64,000 nucleotides of DNA from Antedon mediterranea (taxonomy: Eukaryota; Animalia; Echinodermata): positions 24,446,871 through 24,510,870 of the forward strand of contig NC_092676.1 of assembly GCF_964355755.1 (NCBI RefSeq), in the 5' to 3' direction. Shown here piece after piece: positions 26,274 to 38,386 of the stretch. Both the position numbers and the translations under genes were made by a program. The number at the start of each line of letters is the position of its first letter. Position 1 is the stretch's first letter. The notes under the pieces were generated by a model. That model had not been told where the DNA came from. It saw only the letters and a program-made list of their open reading frames with translations, and did not search any database.

Positions 26274-28959
26274 TCAAATAATTTCACTTGGAGTTTTATA
26301 AACTGTTTGATTTGGTACACGGGTATACGTAACCGCCTGCAGACTTGACGCTTTACTGGCAGGGTCAGAGTTCACTCCATAGCCTTCAGTTGGCAAGATA
26401 ACAGTCTTCAGGGCTGGGGACGTTCTGTATGACGTCGGTGCGGCAGACGCGGTGGTATTTACGGGCTGGTGTTTCTTTTTCGTAAATCCAAATGTCATAT
26501 CGCAGCATTTCATCCAGCTGGTTATTGTCTTAGGGCCTGTTTCTATAGAGCAGAGAATACGGTTTTGAATACCGTTCTTTTCAAGAACCGTTTTTTCTTG
26601 CCAGCAGAAATGGGTCCCCACAAAAAACCACAAAAAAGAACCGATCTTAAAAACGGTTTCAAAAACCCCAATTGATTGCGGTCTCGATCGCAAAGAACCG
26701 TTCTGAAACCGGTTTCCGCGGAGCAATTTTTAGCTGCAACACAATCGCGGTCTCAATTTGACCCCAAAAACTGAACTCTGCAGTCTGCTGCACTGGGATG
26801 ATTGCGGTCAACTCGCAGTCAAACTCGCGCGATAGGACCTAGGCCTAAGTCATTTTTATTTCTCTAGATAGTGAGTATTTTATTTAACTAAAAAATGTTG
26901 ACCGATGCTATTACGAGGTTCGTAAAAAATATGTGAAGGAAAGAAGATGAGGGGACTTGTCGGGAGTCGGAAGAAAGACTCGCGTATAATAGGCCTACAT
27001 GTTTTTAAGAATATTGTAAAGCGTGTGAAAAATAGACGAGTTCAACTTGACAATATCAGAGGGTGCGACGTAGGCCTACCTATACTTTAACCAAGGACCA
27101 CAATAACGTTTCAGGTAATAATTCCCCCTTCTATGATGAAATGGATGCTATTTCTTGGGGATCGCGCTATGCGAAAAAAAGTAAACATGACCTCGATCAA
27201 ATCGCGCTTCCGCCTAACGAACTGCATTGTGGTGTATATAATGACGTCATTCATAACGAACGCACATGGACGGAACCGGTTTTATTGGAGTAAAAATTGA
27301 GCTGCAACGCGATCTTTATTTATAAACAACAGCCGAAACCGGTTTCCAAAAAACCGTTCTTTTTTTATTTTTCAATAGAAACAGGCCCTTAGAGCTTAAT
27401 ATCCACATGCCACTGGTAATTCCTACAACTAACAACATAAATATCTTAACAGAAAGTACGGGAACAGACGGTATCGAGTACGGTAATGGACATTTTGAAT
27501 CGCCGCTGTCACACGGCATATTCATAGACTGTTCTTTCCACAAATCAAAGTTGCCGTGTTGATAGAAATAACATGCGATAACTGAAGTTGCAGGCACTGT
27601 GTAAAGCACAGAAAACACTCCAATTCTAACCATTAACTTTTCAAGCTTATCAATGTTACTACCGTCTTTCTTCATAACTTTTCTTATTCTAAACAAGTAC
27701 ACAAATCCAGAAACTATGAAAAAAGTGCCTAGAAGAAAATAGATAAACAAAGGTACGAGAACGAACCACGTTAGCGCAGTTATATCCTGATTACCTACAA
27801 AACACATTCCAGTGAGTTCATCTCCGTCTACACGACGCATCGTTAAAATGATGATTGTTTTAAGAGCTGGAATGGCCCATGCAGCCAAATGATAGTAACT
27901 ACTGTGTGAGGCAATTGCTTCATATCCCCACTTCATTCCCGCCGCCAGAAACCAAGTTATGGTTAATATAACCCACCATATTGAACTGGCCATAAAAAAA
28001 TAATATTGAATCAAAAATACGATTGTGCAACCGGTACTCTCCAGGCCTTCCTGGATTAAGTATTTCTCGCCTGCCTGTGTCTCATCGCACGAGATTGCTT
28101 CTGCTCCGACTATAAGACGCACAATATACGCAATCGAATAAACATTATAGCAAAGGCTGAGAAATATAATTGGTCTTTCGGGATATTTGAATCGAACACG
28201 ATCGACGAAGAAAGTTAAAACGGTTACGGCTGTACAGAGGAAGCAGATGACGGCCCAGACTCCCATCCACATTTCGGCAAATTTCTTGTCAGATTCGCGA
28301 TAATAAACATCCACGTTACATCTTGGAGCGCAAGATTTTGTCAATTTTACATAAACAAATCGATCAGGATTTTTACATTCATTTGAATTTTCGTCTGTTT
28401 TTTTATCCGAGTCTTTTGGATCATGTGATATAATAGGTGGAATTAATGTCAATCCTGGTCGTGACCTATTCTTGTACGGACCAGATCCTGTTGATGAGTT
28501 CGGTGCCATCATGCAAAGGACTTGATGGCGATCATCTGAGTTGGCCACTGGAAGGCCCTCGCAGTTCATTGGCTCTGGCCACTTATAATTAAAACTTTCC
28601 ATAATAGGTGCACATTTTGCCTTTACGTCTTCGCACATTTGTCGACAGGGCCATATGGGGAATTCGTACTCTTCCGTACACATGGGTGCAAACATTGAAC
28701 ATAGAAATCTATTTAGTTGGTCCGAGCATCCATGGTTGACAAGAGGTGCAAATTCGTGTATTTTTGGTGCAGCTTCGTCTTGATTTCGATGTTGAAATCT
28801 GTTAGGCATGCTTGTAAGGTTGTAACCTATCCCTATGCACATTGGAATCGTGACCCGTTCACACTTAGGTCGGCTGATATCATCAATCGGAGACAGACAA
28901 CTGCAAACATGAAATGTTGTTAATAAAATCCATATCTGAACAAGCCAGCTAGCTTCCAT
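26274..28959 (-). CDS. FZD9/10: Frizzled-9/10 Wnt receptor (intronless; ~608 aa reconstructed), interrupted by a transposon in its C-terminal tail
   Basis: Signal peptide from ATG 28959, a 10-Cys CRD with HEFAPLV (Fzd9/10 signature), and 7TM motifs YPERPIIFLS, QEGLESTGC and KLEKLMVRIG. Removing 26533-27388 plus one TTA restores ...WILSSKTITSW... and an 85-codon tail ending at 26274. As assembled, the ORF ends at 27316 within the element. Confidence 0.95.
26533..27388 (+). mobile_element. PIF/Harbinger deletion derivative (856 bp) inserted in the frizzled CDS
   Basis: TIRs GGGCCTGTTTCTAT(A/T)GA, TTA TSD at 26530-26532 and 27389-27391, and subterminal AA(A/G)AACCG repeats. An internal Myb/SANT remnant YTLTKDHNNVSGNNSPFYDEMDAI lies at ~27081-27152. 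Confidence 0.92.
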
Positions 28960-30318
28960 CTTGAAGAAGGCCTGCAAATTCCAGCCCTGTTTGGTTGTAC
29001 AATTTGGCTCCAGCATCAATAAAGCTGAATTACCGGCTTAGCTTATCACATAAGTCATCGATACGCCGTGCTAACACATAAGTGATACCACTTACTTAGG
29101 GAATGCTTTGAACGAATAAGCCGAACTGAAAGTCGACACAATGCCTGCCTATACTGAACCGCATTACACTCGCGTAGTCATATGGGACTTGGTAATTAAA
29201 GTTCCTGCTTTATAACACTAATTATGTATGCAATACAATATGAATTACAAAGACATTTTTACAAAGTTACAGAAACATATGTGAAATCAAACAATTTGTT
29301 TTTGTATATAGTTTTTAACACGAAAGAAATTAATTAATCTGTTGAGCACGGCGGAAGGACACTAGTGCAAATGTGTGTATCGCGGTCATGTTGTATCGTT
29401 TGCTGTCGGTGCCCTTTGAAGTTGGATACGTTGGTAGTAAGTTATGGCAGTGAGATCATATCAGTTTAATGCGCTGCTTGTGTATACTCACTTGCAGTTT
29501 GAACTATTCAAAACCAGCATATGAAACCAATCCACCACTTTATTATGTTTGCCGATCTCTTGTGGCCTGTTGTTCAAGTATTATTTTTTTATCTCGTTTT
29601 AATTTTAGAAACGAATAATTGTGTTTCGGCTACTCAAAGAACAGCAAACTATTTGCTTTAAAAGACCATTATCTCCTAAATGTCTTTAGAAAAAAAGAAA
29701 TTTGAAAAGTTTTTTTTTCCATTATTGTATTAATATATAATCAGACTTCACTGTTATAATATAATATTCAACAAAATAAGTATATCATATGTAAAAAAAC
29801 GTACAGGCAAATTAGTAATACTAATACTATAGTAAGTAATGCCTGGATGAGACGGAACTATACACTCAGTTCACCATATTATTATAGATTTTATTTTATA
29901 GGGCCATATTTTTCACCAAAAATGAAGAACAAATTAATGTGGATTTTCAAAATTATAGACTGTTCACGAAGCTCACAAATAAAGAGTCATTGCTTGGCTC
30001 ACTTTGTTTTTTTGATTATGCTTTTTTAATTGTCGTGTTCTATTATTAGGTCGTGAAAACAAAAACAGGTACAGTATTGTACTACTAGTTATAGTATTAT
30101 TGAAATGAAATATACAGTATAACTTGAGATTGAATGATGACTTCAATAAGTTATCAGTGAATATTGTCAGTGGTAATGGTACACCTAAAATTATGAGCAA
30201 ATCAATGTGGATTTTCCAGATTATATATATTCACTGAAGATGAACAAATGCAGTTCATTGCTTGCCTCACCCACATTTTTGGGAGTTATGCTTTTTTAAT
30301 TATCGTGTTCAAGTTTAA

Positions 30319-30672
30319 AGATGCATTGTACCCTGAAAAATATGTTTATTACATTTAGTCCTATTTTGTTGAATATGCCATTTTAATGTCACATAATAGT
30401 CATCCACTTTGATCAAAAATTGGATCTAAACAGAATTTATTTACCTTAATAAAAATGAAATTTAAAGCCAAAAAAATGGTGAAATTGGCTGCTAGTCAAT
30501 GGATATTTGGTTGAATTTAACCATTTATTATGTTATTTTATAAGTGAAAACATTATTTTTGTTGTTTTTTTTTCAATAGAAGTGATTAACTTTATTAAAA
30601 CTACAAACTAACCTATTCAAAGTCTGATTTAATTAATCTTCATTTTTCATGATTTTGGGGGACAATACATAT
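30319..30672. mobile_element. Non-autonomous DNA transposon with TTAA target (Kolobok-like)
   Basis: TTAA on both sides, and imperfect TIRs AGATGCATTGTACCC / GGGACAATACATAT. Confidence 0.5.
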
Positions 30673-32036
30673 TTAATGAAAACATAAGGATTGGGGTAAT
30701 ATTGAAATAAAAATACAGCACTTGTTCACTAAAAGTTACCAGTGAATATTCAGAATGAACAATCTTATCTCATCATTTAAATTGATTGCTATTTGTTTAC
30801 AAAACAGTATTGTTCAGAATAAATAAACAATTATTTCGGAAACACCGCTTGTTAATATATGCACATTGGAAAACCGTCATCATGCATTAAAAGCTGAAAT
30901 ACGAATGTCAATTCAAAATAAGAACAAGGAACGAAAGAATAATTTTAAAATATATGACCATGCAAGAAAAACTTGGTAAATGTACAACATAGGCTACTAT
31001 ACTATTTTTGTCTTTCTTTTTAATTACCCATAAATATAAATTATAAACATTGTAACATACAAAAAATAATAAAAATTATGTCAAGGGAAGGGCTAAAAAT
31101 AGTTAAAACTAATCAAGTTCAGCATAAATAGATATATAAATACATTAGGGCTACCTTTCTAAAAAATAATATACATAAAACATTTTTCTTTTAACACACT
31201 TTCTCTCAAATATATAGGCCTAATTCTCTTATGAAATAAATAAATGGTTTAAACTCATGGCTATCCGGTCGATATAAAGTGTTTAACAGATTTTAAAAGA
31301 CCGGGCCTCGTTTTAGAATTTACTGGTGTTACGTACATGCGTGGGCGCAATAACAACATACTTTGCCATTAAATTGGCTTAACTGCCTATATTGTGACTC
31401 CTTCTTTTAATATTACTCATTTTAATTGAATAATAAAAATCTTCTCTTATCTAAAGGGATACTAATTAAGATTTAAGCCGTCTTGTCTTTGATGTTAAAC
31501 AAAGACGATTGGCCGTTGAAAGGGCACTCGTTTGAGGGCTGGTTAAAACGATACAGTTTAGTATCCGAAGCAACACTTGTTGAATGCGATCCAGCAGGCG
31601 GCATTGTCTGATCCACGTTAGAACTGATCACCGCCTTACAAAACATCTCTTCAGCTTTTAATTAAATCTTTCACCAACAAAAGCATTTTGTAAGACTTTA
31701 GAAATCGAAGGCCCGCTTTCAACAGAGCGTTGCTTTAATCGTTTTTGTAATTATGGAATAATGAGTACAGCCTTCAGTGTAACTTATCGCCCAATACCCC
31801 TCCTAATATCTTTCTTGTCTTGTATCCCGTTTAACGTGTGTAGTGTAATTTAAAAGTGTGTAATATAATCGTAAAACCATTGTAAAACAGGGGAAATAAA
31901 TTATAAAATCATGCTGTAAACCAAAGATACTAAAATCATATCACGTTCTCATTTAGAAACGAAAAGAACTGGCGGCTTATTAAAATACAAAAAATAAAAA
32001 CTCATAAAAATGGCGTTAAGTTTGGCCTGCATTAAT

Positions 32037-32060
32037 CATGGAGGAAATATTTCCTCCATG
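32037..32060. mobile_element. Putative P-superfamily excision footprint
   Basis: Perfect palindrome CATGGAGGAAATATTTCCTCCATG flanked by CATTAAT/CATCAAT. Confidence 0.55.
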
Positions 32061-35055
32061 CATCAATATTCTTTCGTTTTGAATGTGGTTAAAATCGTTT
32101 TTTGGTGTTCTGTCATAATTATTTCATTGTCTTTTTTTATGTTAGTCCACCAGTCGGCGTTCGGTGATTTTTTTCTAAAACTAAAAATTAAAAAAACAAA
32201 CAAAAAAGTACGACATGTGAGCGCAGGTATTATACGTATGAAATGCCATAGGTGCCAAAATATTTATAATTTATTAATTTCTGTAGGCCTATAGAACCTA
32301 GAATAGCCAAAACACGGAGTGGAATTTTGCGTGCAAGATGACGATGACAATCCAGTATTCGCTTATAATAAAAACCAAGTTGTTGGACATTTATGTATTT
32401 TGTGAGACTTTCACGATCTCGTTAAAACAAGACCATGCTATTATGACCTCCAAATTCGCACACACCTCAGTTTTATTATAAATACTTGAAGATACAATAT
32501 CTCAGTTCAAACGCGTACACCTTGTCATAAAGTCGATATTGTGTATACAAGTTTCGCTTAAAGTTTTAGTCATCGATATGGTTATAAAGAAGACTGTAGT
32601 ATGTTATATATAAACACAGGATGCCAAGCAGACAATACGAACCAATCACTTTAAAGTTAAAGTAAAATAACTAAAACACATCATGACGTTATGTATAAGT
32701 TAAAAATTTATTATTAAGCTCTGTCTACACTATTAAACTTGGATGTACCTACAAATGTGATGTGCCCATACAATAACCATTGCGTCATATCGCTACCATA
32801 TTTGTTAGGTACATCACATTTTTTTTTGTCAAAAAACTAGTTTTATAGTGTAGACAGAGCTTTAGAATAATTGATTTACGCTACTAAAATCACAGAGACG
32901 TCGTATGTAACGAATTTTAGCAAACAGGCTAGGCAAACAAAAATTAATAATCCACGTTAGTAGATCAAACCCATTTTGATTTACGATCAATCGGGAAATT
33001 ACCCCACGACCAATAACATGCATCAAAATATGAATGGGTTCAGAGATCGACTTTTTAATGTTTAGGACATTCATAATCTTGCATGAGGTGAACAATAACA
33101 CTCGGCATTAAGTCACACTGCTTGTATTTATTTTTAACACGAAGATGGGATACACATGGAAGTGGTCTTATAGAAAGTGCAATATCAAGTCAAGTAGAAC
33201 TGAGTTCGAATCATCGGTCATTATTTCTATATATTTATCAGGACGGAGTCACCCACTTTTTGAAAAAAAGTAACATAGAACATTTATTTGTTATTTTACA
33301 TAATGTATAGTCGAAGGTTCCTCCAGCTGTCTCGCTCCGGAAAAAATGGGACACCAACAGGTCTTATAATTTGCAACTGTACTAAAAGAACTGTCAACGC
33401 CCGCGCAGCTGCGTCTTGGCAATCACGACCCATTGCGCTCATGCCGAGCGACTAATGCAACTCCACGGATCCGTTTACGTTATAAACCGGTACTACTTTT
33501 TTTGAAGAAGATTTCGCTTGACTGCTGTAGATATCAATTGAGTTTATATAGTGTAATGTGATATGATGTACTCGATCGTACACTTACATTTTACCTGTTC
33601 CAAAAATAAATTCAGGGGTTCCATTTCCGAAAAATGGAGACATTTTAGTAGGTCTCAGTGCACAAACTAAATGATTTATGCGTCTGGTGGCATTATAATT
33701 TTATTTATTAAACCATAAAGTTGCAAACATAGCAACTAACAACATGCCTACAGTTTCAGGCAGAAATTGGTATAGACAGAATATATTGAAACGAATTTGA
33801 CTGATAGTTGACCTACAAATTATAGCCCTACAGTTTCTTAGCCAGCTACCGTTATATACAGAATATATTTAAACAAAGGTAATAGTGTATTCGAACCGGG
33901 TTTCGAACCCATACATGTATATAGGCAGTAGCTTCATAAACATGAAGGTTCAATAATACAGTGAACTGTAGGCCTATATCATAACATAAACAATATTATT
34001 TTACATACTGAAGGGTAGTTATTAATCAAGAATGTTGTACGTGTCTTGAACTAGAACTAAACCTTGACTCGGTTTGATACGGTTGAAAGATAAAAGAATA
34101 CCGAAACATAATACATAATATTAATCGGATTATTATATACAGCCATTGAAATCCACCGCACTTCTCGGGATATAAATCTATTATTTTGCTTATAATAATT
34201 ATTGTTGTAATTTTTTTCGGGACTAAATCTCGCATGCCAAGCACCACACAAGGAATAATTATAATACATATTATTATTACAGGGTCACTTTGGTAACATG
34301 ATTTACTATGTATAGATAGAGGGCAGCCGGCAAGTTATAATTTGGCAAGGAACATAAACGGATTTATTATTTCTACCACGTGAAAATACTGTAATAAAGA
34401 TAATTCATTAGTGATTTTTGTCGGAGAATATTTTAATATTTACTTAATATGCGGCTAGAACTGGTGTATTAGAAATATAGTCTACCTAGGCAAGTGGTAG
34501 TACACTATCTTTGATGCAGTTTCTAAACTTTACAAACTACCGATAGAGGGCGACATGACAAATTTCTGTGTATTCGAGCATTACAGTTAAAATACATAAT
34601 TTGTGCTTATTCAAACAAAAATAAGCATTTCATTGAATGATAAATGTGCATTATCTTGAGAATAACACATTAGACAACCCTGAGCATAAACACATTAGTG
34701 CATATGAGTAAAACTTATAACTAGAAACCACATATTAATTCTTGAGCACACTAATATAATCATTTGAATTTTACGTTTAAGTTAAAATACATGACATATG
34801 TAAATATTATTCAAATTATTATTGCTGCTGATTTTATTAATAAATCAATCAAAAACATTAAAAATGTAATTATTTTATAATTCTCTATGTAGGCTAAAAT
34901 CCTCCTTTCAACTTTCACATACTGTAGTAGCCAAATAAATATAGTAGTCTATTCACTTATAAATTCTCTATAGTTAAAATTTGCTATATTTATTTGTTCT
35001 TATAACAGAACTATAACAACAATAACAAAAATATTTATAATGAACACTTCTAATG

Positions 35056-36019
35056 TTATGAAGATTTATCATTCTTTTTAAATATGTTAACAGCAAGTTT
35101 GTAGCCAACGCCTATTGTCATTGCACCAACCACACAAGCTTGTGACATAACACGTAAACGCATTAGATAGATAGAAGTTGACATTCCTCGACGATTTCGG
35201 TATGCGTATGCTCCATAGGCTAGTGCTGCCACAAAACCAGCAATTCCTGAAAAAAATAATTCAAGATTTTAATAAAAATATGTCATCAATCATTATTCTT
35301 GTTATGTATTTACATCGCACCTTGATATGTAAATTAGGATATTTACAGTTAGTTGTTGTTGTCATTGTAGTTGATGCGAACGTGCACAAGAATTAATAGT
35401 CGGTGTGTTATACTGTATTAACATAAGTTACACCTTTAATGCTAATGCTCCTTGTGGAGACAGAATCTTGTACAAGTGAGCCCTAATATCAGATATTTAT
35501 GTTATATAAAATGTATTTATTAGTAATAGTTGATTTAATTACATTTGATAGACATATCATGATTGTACGCCCATGTTAACACTCATATTTTAAGTTTACA
35601 GAATGGACGGATGGATAGATAAATAGCGTTTATTGCTCAAAGCGCTTCAGATCATTTCCCTGATCACACAACACGTATACAACACATATGGAACACATAT
35701 TATTAAGCTCCTACAATAATCAAATCCAAAACTACACACAAAATAAAACATATCAGTTTTATGCTCAGTCAGAACTTTCAACTTGATAATTTTTAAGCTA
35801 TGACCTTGGGTACCACTACAGTATTGTAGGCTCTATTTAAAAATTCTGGATCTGGCACTATTGTACCTTGTCAACTAATTTAATTAGTTCATAATTTAAC
35901 TCACCAACAGGAACAAAAGGATCCTCAGCGGCCTTCCTTGTAAATTTACTTGTTGCCGATTCAGGAGAATATATATTTTCTGTGTCAAATCCAATTGAAC
36001 GGTTCACATTTCTTGCCAT
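35056..36019 (-). CDS. HIGD1A: HIG1 domain family member 1 (hypoxia-inducible mitochondrial membrane protein), 2 coding exons, 101 aa
   Basis: Exons 35905-36019 and 35056-35246 translate MARNVNRSIG...SKFTRKAAEDPFVPVG/IAGFVAALAYGAYAYRNRRGMSTSIYLMRLRVMSQACVVGAMTIGVGY..., the HIG_1_N pattern. It is missing from the ORF track because each exon piece is short. An upstream non-coding exon donor lies near 36630. Confidence 0.92.
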
Positions 36020-38386
36020 AATTCACTTATCTAGTATCTATAATAGTACATATAAATAGATGAAAGTTGATTTTTGGCTTTGTCGATGTGTTCGTATTTA
36101 CAGTATTGTAGTAGGCCCTAGCCTAGACATTAGACTAGCAAAACTTGCTTTAAAAAAATAACCCAAAAAAATTCAACTGATATAGGCCTAGGCCTAGCTA
36201 GGCTAAATAAATAGATATAGACTAGGCTAGCCTAGGCCTAATCTTTAGGTTCAGTATTTTTTTTTTGCTAGGCCTAAACATTTTAGTTCTAACTTATAGC
36301 TACCTAAGATGATCACCGTTGTTAGTACCCTCATTCAGACAGAGTCTAGCCTAGGCCTACAGTAGTACTGTACTAACAAGTAGTACTAGGCCTAGGCCTA
36401 TAGGCCTAGTACTCACTAGTAGTATAGTAGCCTAGAACTAGCTAGGCCTAGCCTAGTTAGGCCCTAGCCTAGCCAGCTAGTACTAGTAGTAGTAGCCGAG
36501 CGAGAAGTAGAAAAAAGAGAGGGCTTATCTTTATCTAGGCCTAAACTAATCGTAATCCATCTAGCCTAATAATAATAATATTTTCCTAGCTTAGGTATAT
36601 AAATGTCTAATAAAATACTCGCACTGTACTCACATTGAAACTTGAATTTAAAAAATTAACAAATTTTCTTCGCGTGTTGCGTCTCCTCTCTCGACTCTTG
36701 GTGGTATGACGTAATAGTTCAAGTCTAGCCTCTCCTGTCTAGTCGTCGTCCCACGGCAAAAAGCGACGTACGCGCCCGCTGATACGAAAGATAGCGTTTT
36801 TGACGTACATGTAGACTACTCAGCTCTTTCAAGGCGTTCGTACTCAGTGCAATCCACGATAGCCTAGGCTAGAAATTGGACCGAATTAGCAGAGTACCAA
36901 CTTAGTTTAATCTTTACGTTATATCATCGTACACCTACCATGATAAAAGGAACAGAAATGTAAGCCACCCTGTCCTACCTATCAAATACTTTGTATGAAT
37001 AGAAGTTACGATGCTTATTAATAAATAAAAAACTTGCCTGTCTGTCGTCTTCCAACCGCCGCGTGGTGATGATTCCCACGTCACACCGCGTATGCTGGTG
37101 GATGTTTCTGATTGGTCAGTAGTTATTTTGTAGCGTTGACCAAATATATATCACAAGAATGAGTATTCCGCGATTTTTGCATGAGAAATCCAGTGAGTGA
37201 TGCCCGCCCTCATAAGGGCGGATGTATACATACTAAATAAGACTTGATTTAATAAATATTATACATGTCACATTAAATAGAATTATGATAATAATTTTTG
37301 CAATTGTAAACTATTTTATAATATATATTTATTAACAAACTAGTGTACATTCACTTTTACAGACAATTATTTACTAACATGCTAAGTTAGTTCACAAAAA
37401 AGGCCTAACACAGCAACACCAAAAATCAACGAATCGTTACTCAGCACGGCCTATTCTTTACCATTGCCGTGTACTACTCTACGCCCGGTAAATTGAGTAT
37501 TGTTTTTATGATGTAAATTAGTATAAAATACATGTTATTAATAGGACAAAATGTTAAATGTCATTAACATTTATTTGTTTTACCAGAAACGCGTAAACAC
37601 CGACACGCCCGGTCACGCTATCGTAGCGCCCGGTTGATAAAGCAAACTGTTTAGACGGCAGTTTTTACTAAATAAATTTCATAAAACGAACAATTAAATA
37701 TTCAAATAGTATTTAACATGATGTTGGCATGTAGTTGATAACATTTTTTATCATGAAAATACTACCCGGTGGTCCAGCCTTTGATTATTGAAACCGTCAC
37801 AAAAAGTTGTATACATCCCAGATACATCCACACTTATGGCGGCGCCCTACCACATGGACAATATTACTGTTACAGGGAAAATCCCGGATTACTCATTCTT
37901 GTGATATATATTCTTTGCGTTGACACAGGACATTGTCTCACTAGATTGTTAGGGGATGGAGTATATTCGATATTTTCAAACATGAATATTACAAAATGGA
38001 AAGTTTCTGCTTTAAAGTAAATGAACTGTGGTTTGCAGTGCAGAATGAAAAAAAAAAAAACAAGTCAATTAAAACTACAAATACAATGCAGTACGTCTGT
38101 ATTAACTTCAGATATTTTTACATATAGGCCTACATATTTGTTATACTGTTCAATACATTATACAAGAAGCTTTGACTTCCATTGTTAACAAACAATGAGT
38201 ACACCATGGGTATGATGCTACACCTTCTCCATTAATAATTAATATTTACATTTATTATTACAGCATTTTTTAATTTTATTTATTTTTTGTTGCCAACATC
38301 TAAACCACAATATATTTACAATAATAATCACAATAATAGAATGTAATCCAGAACATTCATCATTTAGCAAAATATTGAGCAAGTTT

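Noticed and set aside
26469-26726. Independent genes for ORFs 26274-26726 and 26469-26675
   Set aside because: They are chimeras of transposon subterminal sequence and the frizzled tail or its antisense.
27316-27388. Native frizzled C-terminus as given by the ORF track
   Set aside because: These codons come from the transposon TIR. The true tail is at 26274-26529.
37480-37770. Degenerate fold-back sequence between HIGD1 and cGLR-A
   Set aside because: The inverted similarity is weak and AT-rich, with no clear TSD. It is possibly an old MITE but cannot be supported.
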